This document shows, piece after piece, positions 1 through 8,703 of a DNA stretch of 40,353 nucleotides. A model generated the notes under the pieces. The model was not told the origin of the DNA. It did no database searches and saw nothing but the letters and a program-made list of their open reading frames with translations. Origin of the DNA: an uncultured Rhodospirillaceae bacterium. Its GTDB lineage: Bacteria > Pseudomonadota > Alphaproteobacteria > UBA7887. Every line of letters starts with the position of its first letter. The first letter of the stretch is position 1. The stretch covers positions 1 through 40,353 of the forward strand of contig CAJWQN010000002.1 in the NCBI GenBank assembly GCA_913045505.1, written 5' to 3'. The position numbers and the translations under genes are program-made.

Positions 1-606
1 TATCCGGTGTCGCTGCCGATGCCGTCGCCCCAGCCGATCAACCGCCACGCCAACTCGTTGTGGCGGTCGGGCGCGCGGGCGTTTTTCAAGGATCAGCGGG
101 CCTCGGTCGTCGGCGATATCCTCACCGTCGAGATTCAGATCGACGACGACGCCAACATCACCAACGAGACCACCCGCACTCGGGACAATATCGACACCTC
201 CGCGATTTCCAGTCTGTTTGGTTACGAAGCGAGCTTGGATCGGATTCTGCCGCAGGCGGTCAACGGCGCCACCTTGCTCAACATTGACACCGATCTCAGG
301 AACAAGGGTACGGGCGAAATCAAGCGCGACGACCAGATCAACCTCAAGATCGCGGCCGTGGTCACCCAAGTGTTGCCCAACGGCAATTTGGTGATCCGGG
401 GGGACCAGGAGGTGCGGGTCAACTTCGAGCTGCGCGAGCTCTCGATCGACGGCGTCGTCCGGCCCGCGGACATCACCGCCACCAACACCGTATCCTACGA
501 AAAAATCGCTTCCGCGCGCATAGCCTACGGCGGCCGCGGCCATATCAGCGACGTCCAGCAGCCGCGCTACGGCGCCCAGGTCCTCGACGTCATCAATCCG
601 TTCTGA
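1..606 (+). CDS. flgH: Flagellar L-ring protein FlgH, 5'-truncated at the window edge
   Basis: The frame is open from nt 1 (the track start at 7 is a GTG). The product carries FlgH-family blocks (GDILTVEIQIDD, LPNGNLVIRGDQEVRVNFELRELSIDGVVRPADI, IAYGGRGHISD). Stop TGA 604-606. No lipoprotein signal is visible, so the N-terminus lies upstream. Confidence 0.85.
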   Translation, partial: YPVSLPMPSPQPINRHANSLWRSGARAFFKDQRASVVGDILTVEIQIDDDANITNETTRTRDNIDTSAISSLFGYEASLDRILPQAVNGATLLNIDTDLRNKGTGEIKRDDQINLKIAAVVTQVLPNGNLVIRGDQEVRVNFELRELSIDGVVRPADITATNTVSYEKIASARIAYGGRGHISDVQQPRYGAQVLDVINPF

Positions 607-653
607 GGGGGGGCCCTGCACCTGAGTCGGATGGCGCGAGGATGGCACGCCGA

Positions 654-938
654 TCAAGCGGGCTGATAGCGCTCGACCAGAATTTCGCCTTCTCGCCGCC
701 GTATCTCCGCCAAATCATAGGCCAATTGCACCCGCAACAGGTGGTCGGCCTTAGGTCCAAAGGCTTTTTCTATCCGAATGGCCATTTCCGGCGACAGCGC
801 GGCTCGCGCATTGAGGACATTAGACAATGTCGGCCGCGCCACGCCCAAGGCGGCGGCGGCTGCGGTGACGCTCAAATCAAGCGGCGCAAGAACTTCATCA
901 CGGATAATCGTTCCGGGATGGGCAGGGTCCTTCATCAT
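654..938 (-). CDS. higA: HigA-type XRE-family helix-turn-helix antitoxin
   Basis: ATG at 938 lies 7 nt downstream of AAGGAGG; the track ORF (to 959) starts at an upstream TTG. The product MMKDPAHPGTIIRDEVLAPLDLSVTAAAAALGVARPTLSNVLNARAALSPEMAIRIEKAFG is typical of HigA/VapI antitoxins. It sits directly downstream of a higB-like frame. Confidence 0.8.
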   Translation of the reverse strand: MMKDPAHPGTIIRDEVLAPLDLSVTAAAAALGVARPTLSNVLNARAALSPEMAIRIEKAFGPKADHLLRVQLAYDLAEIRRREGEILVERYQPA

Positions 939-955
939 GGCGCCGACCTCCTTTC

Positions 956-1240
956 TCAATGGTAGTCGATCAGATCAACGTCATGGGCATCGCCGGAGTC
1001 CATCCGAAACACCAACCGCCAATTGCCGGTGACGGTCAGGCTCTAAAAACCCTTCATGTCGCCTCTCAACTGGTGCAAGCGCCAACCGGGATACAGTCCC
1101 ATCTCCCCCGGCTCCCGCGCCTCATCGAGCAAGGTCAACATGTTCGTCAGCTTCTGGACCTGTCTTGGAGCGAGGCCCTTGGTGTCGCCCCGCTCGTAAA
1201 ATCGCCGCAACCCCTTATGCCGAAAAGATCGAACAGCCAT
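956..1240 (-). pseudogene. higB: HigB-type (RelE/ParE superfamily) toxin interrupted by an in-frame TAG
   Basis: Codons 1-65 (MAVRSFRHKGLRRFYERGDTKGL...LHQLRGDMKGF) look like HigB killer-protein toxins. TAG at 1045-1043 sits where the family has Trp (KGFW). The same frame continues SLTVTGNWRLVFRMDSGDAHDVDLIDYH to TGA 958-956, so the conserved C-terminus is still encoded in frame. Confidence 0.75.
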
Positions 1241-1245
1241 GATAA

Positions 1246-1274
1246 TATATAGTGCGTAACGTTACACCTGTCAA
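1246..1274 (-). promoter_or_regulatory. Candidate sigma70-type promoter with palindromic operator for higBA
   Basis: Minus strand: TTGACA (1274-1269), 17-nt spacer, TATATA (1251-1246), ending 5 nt before the higB ATG (1240). This suggests a leaderless or near-leaderless mRNA. The spacer contains the perfect 10-bp palindrome GTAACGTTAC (1256-1265). Confidence 0.5.
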
Positions 1275-1376
1275 TAATTTCGGCTGAAAATCTAAGTGCT
1301 CATGTCTCAAGCGGCTATCAACGAAATCGAGATCATGGAACTGTTCAAAGTCGGCGCCACCAGCGCCGAGAGGGAC

Positions 1377-1823
1377 TCAATCATCGCGGGTGGTTTTTTC
1401 GAGGCGCTCGTGGCGCTCCTGGGCGTCGATGCTCAACGTGGCCACCGGACGCGCCTCGAGCCGGCTCAGATTGATCGGATCGCCGGTTTCCTCGCAATAG
1501 CCGTAACTGCCCTCGTCGATGCGGCGCAGCGCCGCGTCGATCTTGTTGAGCAGTTTGCGTTCCCGGTCGCGAGTTCTGAGTTCGATCAAACGCTCGGTCT
1601 CGATCGAGGCCCGGTCCGCGATATCGGGCTCCTGAGAGCTTTGTTCCTGAAGATGGAGGATGGTTTGGCTGGATTCCGCCAGGATCTCGTGGCGCCAACG
1701 CAGCAATTTGCGGCGAAAATACTCTCGTTGCACCGAATTCATGAACCGCTCGCCCTCGGAAGGACGATAGCCTTGCGGAATTTCGTTCGGCTCCGCTCGA
1801 TGGTCCCGCTTTGGCTTGGCCAT
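1377..1823 (-). CDS. dksA: DksA/TraR-family RNA polymerase-binding regulator
   Basis: ATG at 1823 gives 148 aa: MAKPKRDH...FMNSVQREYFRRKLLRWRHEIL...DEGSYGYCEETGDPINLSRLEARPVATLSIDAQERHE. This is the DksA coiled-coil plus C-terminal motif, with only one of the four canonical Zn-finger Cys retained (C-x2-T...S-x2-A). The track ORF to 2360 is an Arg/Gly/Pro-rich extension overlapping fliX. Confidence 0.85.
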   Translation of the reverse strand: MAKPKRDHRAEPNEIPQGYRPSEGERFMNSVQREYFRRKLLRWRHEILAESSQTILHLQEQSSQEPDIADRASIETERLIELRTRDRERKLLNKIDAALRRIDEGSYGYCEETGDPINLSRLEARPVATLSIDAQERHERLEKTTRDD

Positions 1824-1924
1824 CAGAAGCTCTCGGATATTAGGGCCTTGTCTCCGGCGCGGAGTATATGAATCCGGAGCCGGTGCCGCAATATGATCGT
1901 AGAGAGCTGGCGCCCGGATGCCGC

Positions 1925-2353
1925 TCAGCGGCGCGCGGACAGCTTGGCCAACTCGACCTGGGCGCGGAGATCGATTTCGTCCAACACGGCGGCCAGCTTC
2001 GGATCGGCCGTCGTCGCCCGCTCGATGCCAAGCGTCTGAATCAGCTGATTCAGTTTGGGGCCAGGAATCATCCCGGTCAAAAGGCCGATCCGAATGTCGT
2101 CGAGGCAATCGAGAATCGTGGCGCCGCGGCGGAAATCGCGTTTTCTCCCGGCGGTCCGGTCCGGAACCTCTTGGACCGCCAGCAGGCCCTCGACCGGCGT
2201 GCCCGAGGGGGGATGCGCCACATCCGTGGCGCCCGCGACGCCACCCTCGCCGACCAGCGCGGCGAATGCGCCGCCGTCCGCCGGCACCGGGTTCCCGGCG
2301 CGGACCTTGCGCGGGCCCGCCGACTGAACCGGCGACTCTCTGGTTACTTTCAT
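1925..2353 (-). CDS. fliX: Flagellar assembly regulator FliX
   Basis: ATG 2353 is preceded by GAGGTGG. The C-terminal block DPKLAAVLDEIDLRAQVELAKL and the central LLAVQEV...R motif resemble Caulobacter FliX as I remember it. It is divergent from flgI, as in Caulobacter. Confidence 0.7.
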   Translation of the reverse strand: MKVTRESPVQSAGPRKVRAGNPVPADGGAFAALVGEGGVAGATDVAHPPSGTPVEGLLAVQEVPDRTAGRKRDFRRGATILDCLDDIRIGLLTGMIPGPKLNQLIQTLGIERATTADPKLAAVLDEIDLRAQVELAKLSARR

Positions 2354-2399
2354 GGGCCACCTCGGGCGCTAATCGTCGCCCAGCATGTGCCGGGCGAGG

Positions 2400-2414
2400 T
2401 TAACATCCATTTAA
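2400..2414 (-). promoter_or_regulatory. CtrA-type box (TTAA-N7-TTAAC) upstream of fliX
   Basis: The minus strand reads TTAA-atggatg-TTAAC (2414->2400), a perfect match to the Caulobacter CtrA consensus. It lies 47-61 nt upstream of the fliX ATG and is oriented with fliX. Confidence 0.45.
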
Positions 2415-2543
2415 GGCCGATCGGCACCATGTCCGCAAGGGATCGGCAAAAATTACCGTGCCCGAGGATCGGCGCCCGACCGGCACCCGCGATTCGGCGC
2501 CGAAGGCGGCGGAATTGGACCATTTGCCGCCAGGCCCGCGGGT

Positions 2544-2559
2544 TGGCATCGGATTCGCA
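2544..2559 (+). promoter_or_regulatory. Sigma54 (-24/-12) promoter candidate for flgI operon
   Basis: TGGCAT-cggat-TCGCA has correct GG/GC spacing against the consensus TGGCAC-N5-TTGCW. It lies 57 nt upstream of the flgI ATG. Confidence 0.55.
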
Positions 2560-2615
2560 TGGTGCTTGGCGGCGGCATCGCGCGGTGCGGCCCGAGAGTT
2601 GATCGAAAGGTTACC

Positions 2616-3785
2616 ATGGTGCGGCAACGGAACGACAATCGGCATGTCACCCGGCGCGGACATCTGCGCGCCAAGCTGATCGCCCTGGGCCTTTGGCTGG
2701 CGGTATGGACATTGGCGGCGGCGACCGCCGGGGCCGCGGTTCGGATCAAGGACATCGCCGATTTCGAAGGCATTCGCGACAACATGCTGGTCGGCTACGG
2801 TCTGGTGGTCGGCCTCAACGGCACCGGCGATACCCTGATCAACGCCCCGTTCACCCGGCAAAGTCTCGAAGCCATGCTCGAGCGCTTAGGCGTCAATACC
2901 CGCGGCACCCTTCCCCTGGTCGAGAATGTCGCCGCGGTGATGGTGACCGCCACTTTGCCGCCATTCGCCCGCCAGGGCACGCGGATCGACGTCTCGGTCA
3001 GTTCGTTGGGCGATGCGGAAAGCCTGCTCGGGGGAACACTTCTGGTCACCCCTCTGGTCGGCGCCGACGGCGAGGTCTACGTGGTCTCCCAGGGCCAAGT
3101 CTCGGTCGCCGGATTCACCGCCCAGGGCGCCGCCGGCAGCAGCATCACCAAGGGCGTGCCGACCGCCGGGCGGGTCTCCAACGGCGGCATCATCGAGCGC
3201 GAGATCGGTTACGAACTGGTCGATATGGACCGGGTGAGCGTCTCGCTCCGCAACCCGGATCTGACCACCGCGATTCGGGTCTCCCAGGCGATCAACGCAA
3301 TGCTCAACGAGCCCGCCAGCCGGGCCACGGATCCGGCCACGATCGTGGTCGCGATTCCCGAACAATATCGCGACAACATCGTCGGCCTGTTGACCGACAT
3401 CGAGCAATTGCGGGTGCAACCCGACCAAATCGCGCGGGTGGTCATAGACGAGGTGTCCGGGACCATCGTCATCGGCGAGAACGTGCGGATATCAACCGTG
3501 GCCATCGCTCAGGGCAATCTGACCATCCGGATCACCGAAACCCCGCAAGTGTCCCAACCGGGCGCGTTCGCGCCCGACAGCGCGACCACCGAAACCGTCC
3601 AGCGCAGCGCCATCGAGATCGACGAGCAGACCGATCGCAAGCTGTTCGTGCTGCCGGAAGGCGTGAGCCTGCAAGAACTGGTCGATGGACTCAACGCTCT
3701 CGGCGTCGGGCCGCGCGATATCATCTCGATCTTGCAGACGATCAAGGCCGCGGGCGCGTTGCAGGCCGAACTCGAGGTTCTGTGA
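2616..3785 (+). CDS. flgI: Flagellar P-ring protein FlgI
   Basis: ATG 2616 follows GAAAGG. A signal-peptide-like N-terminus (LIALGLWLAVWTLAAATAGAAV) is followed by canonical FlgI blocks (RIKDIADFEGIRDNMLVGYGLVVGLNGTGD, ...GPRDIISILQTIKAAGALQAELEVL). Confidence 0.92.
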   Translation: MVRQRNDNRHVTRRGHLRAKLIALGLWLAVWTLAAATAGAAVRIKDIADFEGIRDNMLVGYGLVVGLNGTGDTLINAPFTRQSLEAMLERLGVNTRGTLPLVENVAAVMVTATLPPFARQGTRIDVSVSSLGDAESLLGGTLLVTPLVGADGEVYVVSQGQVSVAGFTAQGAAGSSITKGVPTAGRVSNGGIIEREIGYELVDMDRVSVSLRNPDLTTAIRVSQAINAMLNEPASRATDPATIVVAIPEQYRDNIVGLLTDIEQLRVQPDQIARVVIDEVSGTIVIGENVRISTVAIAQGNLTIRITETPQVSQPGAFAPDSATTETVQRSAIEIDEQTDRKLFVLPEGVSLQELVDGLNALGVGPRDIISILQTIKAAGALQAELEVL

Positions 3786-4102
3786 TGTACGCGGCCGACA
3801 TGCTTTCGGCACCACCCCTGCCGTCCCAAGCGGTCCGGCCACCGAGTGTAAACCCGACCGGCACCGCCAAGGAAATCCGGGACGCGGCGGAGGATTTCGA
3901 ATCGTTTTTCCTGTCACAGATGTTCGAGTACATGTTCGCCGGCATCGACACCGACGGCCCGTTCGGCGGTGGCCACGGCGAGAAGATCTTCCGTTCGTTG
4001 TTGCTCCAGGAGTACGGCAAGGCGATGGCCCGGCAAGGCGGAATCGGAGTCGCCGACACCATCGAGCGCCAATTGCTCCAATACCAGGAGGTCGACAAAT
4101 GA
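3785..4102 (+). CDS. flgJ: Rod-binding protein (FlgJ N-terminal-domain-only type)
   Basis: ATG 3785 shares one nt with the flgI stop (TGATG). The product has the rod-binding motif AAEDFESFFLSQMFEYMF and is ~105 aa with no muramidase domain, as is usual in alphaproteobacteria. Confidence 0.75.
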   Translation: MYAADMLSAPPLPSQAVRPPSVNPTGTAKEIRDAAEDFESFFLSQMFEYMFAGIDTDGPFGGGHGEKIFRSLLLQEYGKAMARQGGIGVADTIERQLLQYQEVDK

Positions 4103-4599
4103 CGACCGCGGGTCAGGTGGCGGTCGCGGCCGGCGCCGCGGTCATGGTCAGCCAACCGAGCATGGCCGAACGGGTTGAGAACCTGATCGCCATTATCGGC
4201 ACCTTGGGTGAGGTGCTGCGCCAGGAGATCGTGGTGGTGAACTCTCGCCAGTCGGCGAGCTTCGCGCCGTTGCTCGAGCGCAAGGAGACGTTGGCCCAGT
4301 CCTACGCCGAGCAAATCAAGGCGATGAGCGCCGATCGTGCCCGTGCCGGGGGGCTCGAGCCCGGTTTGGCGGCGCGCCTCCAGGCGGCGGGCGAGACGTT
4401 TCGCGCCGTGGTCCATGAGAACGCCAGGGTTCTCGAAGTGGCCAAGACCGTCAACGAGAGGTTCTTCAAGGCGGTCGGCGACGCGGTGGCGCTGAAAAAG
4501 CGGCCCGTGACCGGTTACTCCAAGACCGGCGCCTACACCGGCGTCTCGGACCCCGGTACGGCCGCGGCATCGCCGGTCGCGCTGGATCGCGCGGTTTGA
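4099..4599 (+). CDS. Flagellar cluster protein, possibly FlgN-like export chaperone
   Basis: ATG 4099 overlaps the upstream stop (ATGA). The 166-aa helical product (ERVENLIAIIGTLGEVLRQEIVVV...LLERKETLAQSYAEQIKAM) is assigned from position and composition only. Confidence 0.4.
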   Translation: MTTAGQVAVAAGAAVMVSQPSMAERVENLIAIIGTLGEVLRQEIVVVNSRQSASFAPLLERKETLAQSYAEQIKAMSADRARAGGLEPGLAARLQAAGETFRAVVHENARVLEVAKTVNERFFKAVGDAVALKKRPVTGYSKTGAYTGVSDPGTAAASPVALDRAV

Positions 4600-4659
4600 C
4601 CCGCCGGCGAGCCTGAACGATCAGCGAATGAACTTGATGTCAGAATTCAGACACACAAA

Positions 4660-4689
4660 GCGGTTACGACCTTACCCGTCGTTAACCGC
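4660..4689. terminator. Hairpin between convergent genes (possible bidirectional terminator)
   Basis: GCGGTTACGAC (4660-4670), loop cttaccc, GTCGTTAACCGC (4678-4689) form an 11-bp stem with a one-nt bulge. It lies between the 3' ends of the flgN-like gene (+) and flaG (-). There is no clear U tract. Confidence 0.4.
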
Positions 4690-4730
4690 AAGCCAATGCT
4701 TCAGGTCGAGCCGGACGCGTTTCGCGCCGC

Positions 4731-5126
4731 CTAGACCGTGATATCAACCACCTTCTGCGCGGCGTTTTCCCGCAGCCGCTCGGTAAACGCGGCCACACGT
4801 CGCAACACCGTTTCTGGCGGGAACTGATCCAACACTTCGCCCGACACCGTATCGACACTCCGCGACACGAACAGCGCCGCGTTCTCGTCGAACAAGATCG
4901 ACAACCGAGTTGTTGGCCGTACCCCGGATTCCCTGGAGAACTCGCGAATCGCCTCCGTGGTCTCGCTGACAGTCTGGGTCTGGGCGCCATCGCTGGCTTC
5001 TGGAACGTCGCTTCCGCCACGCTCCAGTTCACGATTGTCTGGGGTTTCCTCGGCACGTGCAGCTCCACCGCCAACAGAGAGCCTCTGTTGGAAAATCGCA
5101 GCGGTGCTTACAACATCAAGTGCCAT
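4731..5126 (-). CDS. flaG: FlaG-family flagellar protein
   Basis: ATG 5126. The C-terminal block LSILFDENAALFVSRSVDTVSGEVLDQFPPETVLR matches the FlaG pattern (hydrophobic strand, D-x-x-x-G-E-V-I/L-x-Q-x-P-P-E). Confidence 0.65.
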   Translation of the reverse strand: MALDVVSTAAIFQQRLSVGGGAARAEETPDNRELERGGSDVPEASDGAQTQTVSETTEAIREFSRESGVRPTTRLSILFDENAALFVSRSVDTVSGEVLDQFPPETVLRRVAAFTERLRENAAQKVVDITV

Positions 5127-5406
5127 CGCTCGTCAAAACCTTCCGTTTCGGAAATTGAGCGTGCCTTCGGCCACCGTTCTGGGACCATGGCCGCAAGCCT
5201 AACGGATTCGTCGCGCCAGAGTCAAGACGTTGGTGTCACCTGCCTATTGGCTGGCGAACTGGGGAAGAATCTTCCCATGCCCGCGGCGGCGCGGGCGCGC
5301 GCGGGGTCACGACGCCTCGAACGCAAGTGCCATGATTTTGCGTCGGGTGCGCTCGAATCCTGGGATTCCCACGCCCGCGCCCGCGTCGGCGCCGCCCAGC
5401 CGATAA

Positions 5407-5422
5407 TGGCCCCTGTCTTGCA
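5407..5422 (+). promoter_or_regulatory. Sigma54 promoter for flgK-flgL
   Basis: TGGCCC-ctgtc-TTGCA has exact -24/-12 spacing and lies 64 nt upstream of the flgK ATG. Confidence 0.65.
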
Positions 5423-5485
5423 TGACCCGTCCCGCATATTTGGTCTCGGACCACCGACCGGACAGCGATTCGAAAGCCAGCCACC

Positions 5486-7591
5486 ATGTCACTAACCGCC
5501 GCTCTCAACAATTCGATCTCGGCGCTGAGCGTCAATCAGGCGGCCATCGCGGTGGTGTCGCAAAACGTCGCCAACGCCAACAACCCCGACTATTCGCGCA
5601 AACTGGCCAGCCAGGAGGCGGTGGTCGCGGGGAACATTCGGGCCGGCGTCAAGATCGGGGAAATTCGGCGGATCATCAATGAGTTCCTGATCCGCGATTT
5701 GCGCCAAACCTCCACCGATCTGGGACGAGTCGACGTGCAGCTCCCGTTCGTCGACCGGCTGCAGAATTTTTTCGGAACGCCCAGCTCCAACGACACACTG
5801 GCCGGCCGACTCGATCGCGTGTTCGCTTCGTTCGAGAATGCCGCGACGATCCCCCATTCCACCGTCGCCCGGTCCGAGATCATCGAGGCGATGACCGACA
5901 TGATCCGTGAGATCAACGAGCTGGCCACCCAGACTCAATCGATTCGCCATGACGTGGACCAGCAAATCCTCAGCGAAGTGACCACGATCAACGCCGCGCT
6001 GGCCCAGATCGTGCGTTTGAACGCGCAGATCGCGGTCGAGAGCGCGGGCACTGGCGATCCGTCCGAACTGCTCGACCTACGCGACGGCCAACTGAAGATC
6101 ATCGCCGAGCGGATGCCGATCAACGTGTTCGAGAAGAGCGACGGCGAAATCACCATTTTTGCCGGGACCGGAATCGCGTTGCTCGAGGATCGACCCCGGG
6201 TTCTGGCCTACGATCCGGCCTCGGTGGTCACGCCGCAGACCATCTTCAACAGCATCGAGGTGTTCAACACCGACGCCAACGGCAACGCGATCGGGACCGG
6301 TGCGTTTCTCGAGGACGAGATTCCCAGCGGTCAGCTGCGGGGTCTGCTCGACCTCCGTGACACGGCCCTGCCGGACCTGTCGTCGGGCCTCGGCGAATTC
6401 GCGTCGCGATTCGCCGATGAGGTCAATCGGGTTCACAACAACAATACCGGTTTCCCGCCGCCCAACGCGTTGGTTGGATCGCGGAACACCGGGTTCACCA
6501 CCACCGACGCCCATAATTTTACCGGCCAGGCCACGTTCGCGGTGATGGACGCCAACAACGATATCAGCGCCACCGTGACCGTGGATTTCGGCGCCATCGG
6601 AGCGACCATCGGTGACGTCATCACCGCCGTCAACGCCGGGTTGCCCGGAGCCAATGGCGCGACCCTTGCCCTCACCAGCGGCGTCATGAGCTTCACCGCC
6701 ACCGCGGGCACCGATCGGGTCGGCATCGTTCAGAGTACGACCGCGCCGAGCACCCGCGCCGGCCGCGGCTTCGCCCATTTCTTCGGCCTCAACGACCTGG
6801 TCAGCACGACCACGTCGCCGTTTTTCGACTATGGCTTCACGGCCGGCGAGACCCACCTGTTCACGGGCACCTCGACCTTCCGGGTCCTGGACTCCGACAG
6901 GCAGACGGTGAGCACGGTGACATTCGACTCCGGCGCCGCCGGCGCCACCTTTGGCGGCCTCGCGACCTCGCTGACCACCGCTCTGTCACCGTTCGCGACC
7001 GCAAGCCTGAACGCCACCACCGGGCGCTTCGAACTGACCGAGGCGTCCGGTTTCACGGTTCTCGCCAGTGACGACGCGACCGCCAACCGCGCCGGCACCG
7101 GCCTCGGCTTGGCCACCATGCTCGGATTGGGCCGCGACAAGGTGCAGCAGATCGCGACCACGACCCAGGTCAATCCGACCATCGTCGCGACCCCGACCCT
7201 GCTCGGGATCGGCCAGTTGCAGACCACGGTCGGCAATCGCGGCATCACTCCGGGCGACAGCCGCGGTGGCCTGGCCTTGGCCGGCGTGGCCACGACCGGA
7301 ATCAGCATCAACGCCGCCGGCAATCTGCCGGCCCAGACCCTTACCCTCACCACCTACGCGGGCGCGGTCATCGCCGATACCGCCCGCTACGCGGCACAGA
7401 CCCAGCTTCAGGCCGATAGCCTGGAGGCATTGTTCAACGGCCTCGACGTCAAGGCGAAATCGATCTCCGGCGTCAATGTGGATGAAGAACTCGCCAACTT
7501 GATCCTGCTCCAAAACGCGTTTGCCGCCTCGGCCAGGGTGATCAGCACGGTCAATCAGATGTTCGCCGATTTGTTGAGTTCGGTGCGCTGA
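5486..7591 (+). CDS. flgK: Flagellar hook-associated protein 1 FlgK
   Basis: The 701-aa product has the N-terminus MSLTAALNNSISALSVNQAAIAVVSQNVANANNPDYSRK and the C-terminus GVNVDEELANLILLQNAFAASARVISTVNQMFADLL, both typical of FlgK. Confidence 0.92.
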   Translation: MSLTAALNNSISALSVNQAAIAVVSQNVANANNPDYSRKLASQEAVVAGNIRAGVKIGEIRRIINEFLIRDLRQTSTDLGRVDVQLPFVDRLQNFFGTPSSNDTLAGRLDRVFASFENAATIPHSTVARSEIIEAMTDMIREINELATQTQSIRHDVDQQILSEVTTINAALAQIVRLNAQIAVESAGTGDPSELLDLRDGQLKIIAERMPINVFEKSDGEITIFAGTGIALLEDRPRVLAYDPASVVTPQTIFNSIEVFNTDANGNAIGTGAFLEDEIPSGQLRGLLDLRDTALPDLSSGLGEFASRFADEVNRVHNNNTGFPPPNALVGSRNTGFTTTDAHNFTGQATFAVMDANNDISATVTVDFGAIGATIGDVITAVNAGLPGANGATLALTSGVMSFTATAGTDRVGIVQSTTAPSTRAGRGFAHFFGLNDLVSTTTSPFFDYGFTAGETHLFTGTSTFRVLDSDRQTVSTVTFDSGAAGATFGGLATSLTTALSPFATASLNATTGRFELTEASGFTVLASDDATANRAGTGLGLATMLGLGRDKVQQIATTTQVNPTIVATPTLLGIGQLQTTVGNRGITPGDSRGGLALAGVATTGISINAAGNLPAQTLTLTTYAGAVIADTARYAAQTQLQADSLEALFNGLDVKAKSISGVNVDEELANLILLQNAFAASARVISTVNQMFADLLSSVR

Positions 7592-7649
7592 GGGACCCAC
7601 CGCCATGATCCAAGCGGCACGCTAACGAGAGATTACGAAGAGAACGACC

Positions 7650-8600
7650 ATGACCAGAATCTCTACTCTCGGCCAGAACCAGTTCATCTTGCGGCAAACG
7701 TTGCAAACCCAGGAGCGCTTGCTGAGCCTGCAACGGCAAATGTCGACCGGCGAACGATCGGAAGACTTCAAGGGCTTGCGCGGCGACAGCACGGTCTTGA
7801 TCTCGGCGCAAGCGCGCAAGGCCGCCACGGAGCAGTTGCTGGCCAACAATGTCCAGACCAAGACCAAGCTCGACCTGCGCGAAAGGGCGGTGCGCGAAAT
7901 CGTCGAAATCGCCAAGAACATCAAGTCAGAGTTCCTGTCCGCCGAAGGGATCGAGAATTCCTCGCAGCTCGTCATCCAGGCCCAGATCGGGCTGCAACAG
8001 GTGGTGTCGATTCTCAACAGCCGCGACCAGAACGGCAATTTCATATTCGCCGGCTCGCGGACCGACACCGCGCCGGTGACCAGCGTGCCCTCGGGTGCCC
8101 CCCCGCCGGCGTTCACGCTCACGTTCAACAACGACACCATCGTCGAGCAAGCCAATGTCGACGAAAACCTGACCATTTCCGTCGGCGTGCTTGCCGCCAC
8201 CAACCCGACGACGCCGACCGGCTCGTTCCAGCCCCTGATCGATATCCTCAATTTCTTCGCCGCCGGCGTGTTCCCGCCGCCGTTGCCGGCCGAGCCACTG
8301 CCGGCGGCGACCGCGCCGACGGTCACCGCCGCCCAGGCCTTGACATTGATCGATCAGGCTTTCGACACGGTCAACGCGCTCGACGCCTCGCTCGGCATCA
8401 GCCAACAACTGGTTGACGAGGCCAACGAGCGCTTGCAGGCCGACATCGATTTGACCGACGAATTCATCACCTCGCTCAAGGATGTGGACGTGGCCGAGGT
8501 CTTCACCCAGCTCAGCCAGGAGCAGTTCGCCTTGGAAGCCTCCTTCCAGATCACCGGACGACTGAGCGATCTCAGCCTGATCCAGTTCCTCAGGATATGA
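7650..8600 (+). CDS. flgL: Flagellar hook-associated protein 3 FlgL
   Basis: The 316-aa product has a flagellin-like N-terminus (MTRISTLGQNQFILRQTLQTQERLLSLQRQMSTGERS) and C-terminus (DVDVAEVFTQLSQEQFALEASFQITGRLSDLSLIQFL). It follows flgK. Confidence 0.85.
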   Translation: MTRISTLGQNQFILRQTLQTQERLLSLQRQMSTGERSEDFKGLRGDSTVLISAQARKAATEQLLANNVQTKTKLDLRERAVREIVEIAKNIKSEFLSAEGIENSSQLVIQAQIGLQQVVSILNSRDQNGNFIFAGSRTDTAPVTSVPSGAPPPAFTLTFNNDTIVEQANVDENLTISVGVLAATNPTTPTGSFQPLIDILNFFAAGVFPPPLPAEPLPAATAPTVTAAQALTLIDQAFDTVNALDASLGISQQLVDEANERLQADIDLTDEFITSLKDVDVAEVFTQLSQEQFALEASFQITGRLSDLSLIQFLRI

Positions 8601-8703
8601 GTTTTTGGGCCGGTGCGCGCCGCCGCCGCGCCGCCCGCAAATAGGTCTTGCTTATTTCCGACGACTCCCGTATTTTCTCCACCGTAGTGCGGACAGGGCC
8701 ATT

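Noticed and set aside
606-1376. Flanks of the higBA insertion inspected for direct or inverted repeats, or an integrase, indicating a mobile element.
   Set aside because: No flanking repeats or recombinase gene were visible, so only the TA pair itself is called.
1377-4599. N-terminal extensions of track ORFs (1377..2360, 2693..4102, 3685..4599; likewise 12159..14066, 17285..19231, 19171..21015, 30931..31740, 32729..33997, 35300..36376).
   Set aside because: The extended parts overlap the upstream gene in another frame and are low-complexity. They precede a start codon with an SD or a stop/start overlap that aligns with the conserved N-terminus of paralogs or homologues.
5159-5173. Possible minus-strand sigma54 element for flaG (TGGCCG-aaggc-ACGCT).
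   Set aside because: The GG/GC spacing is right, but the -12 region (ACGC) is poor and such matches are expected by chance in GC-rich DNA. Too weak to call as a feature.
5088-5535. ORFs 5088..5495 (+) and 5236..5535 (-) in the flaG-flgK divergent intergenic region.
   Set aside because: No family resemblance; they overlap each other and the flgK sigma54 promoter. The region is better explained as a regulatory spacer.
8606-8676. Promoter candidates for flagellin-1: TGGGCC-N5-GCGC (8606-8620), a sigma28-like CAAATAGG-N11-TCCGACGA and a sigma70-like TTGCTT-N17-TATTTT (8648-8676).
   Set aside because: None is a strong consensus match. They are listed only as context for the contrast with flagellin-2.
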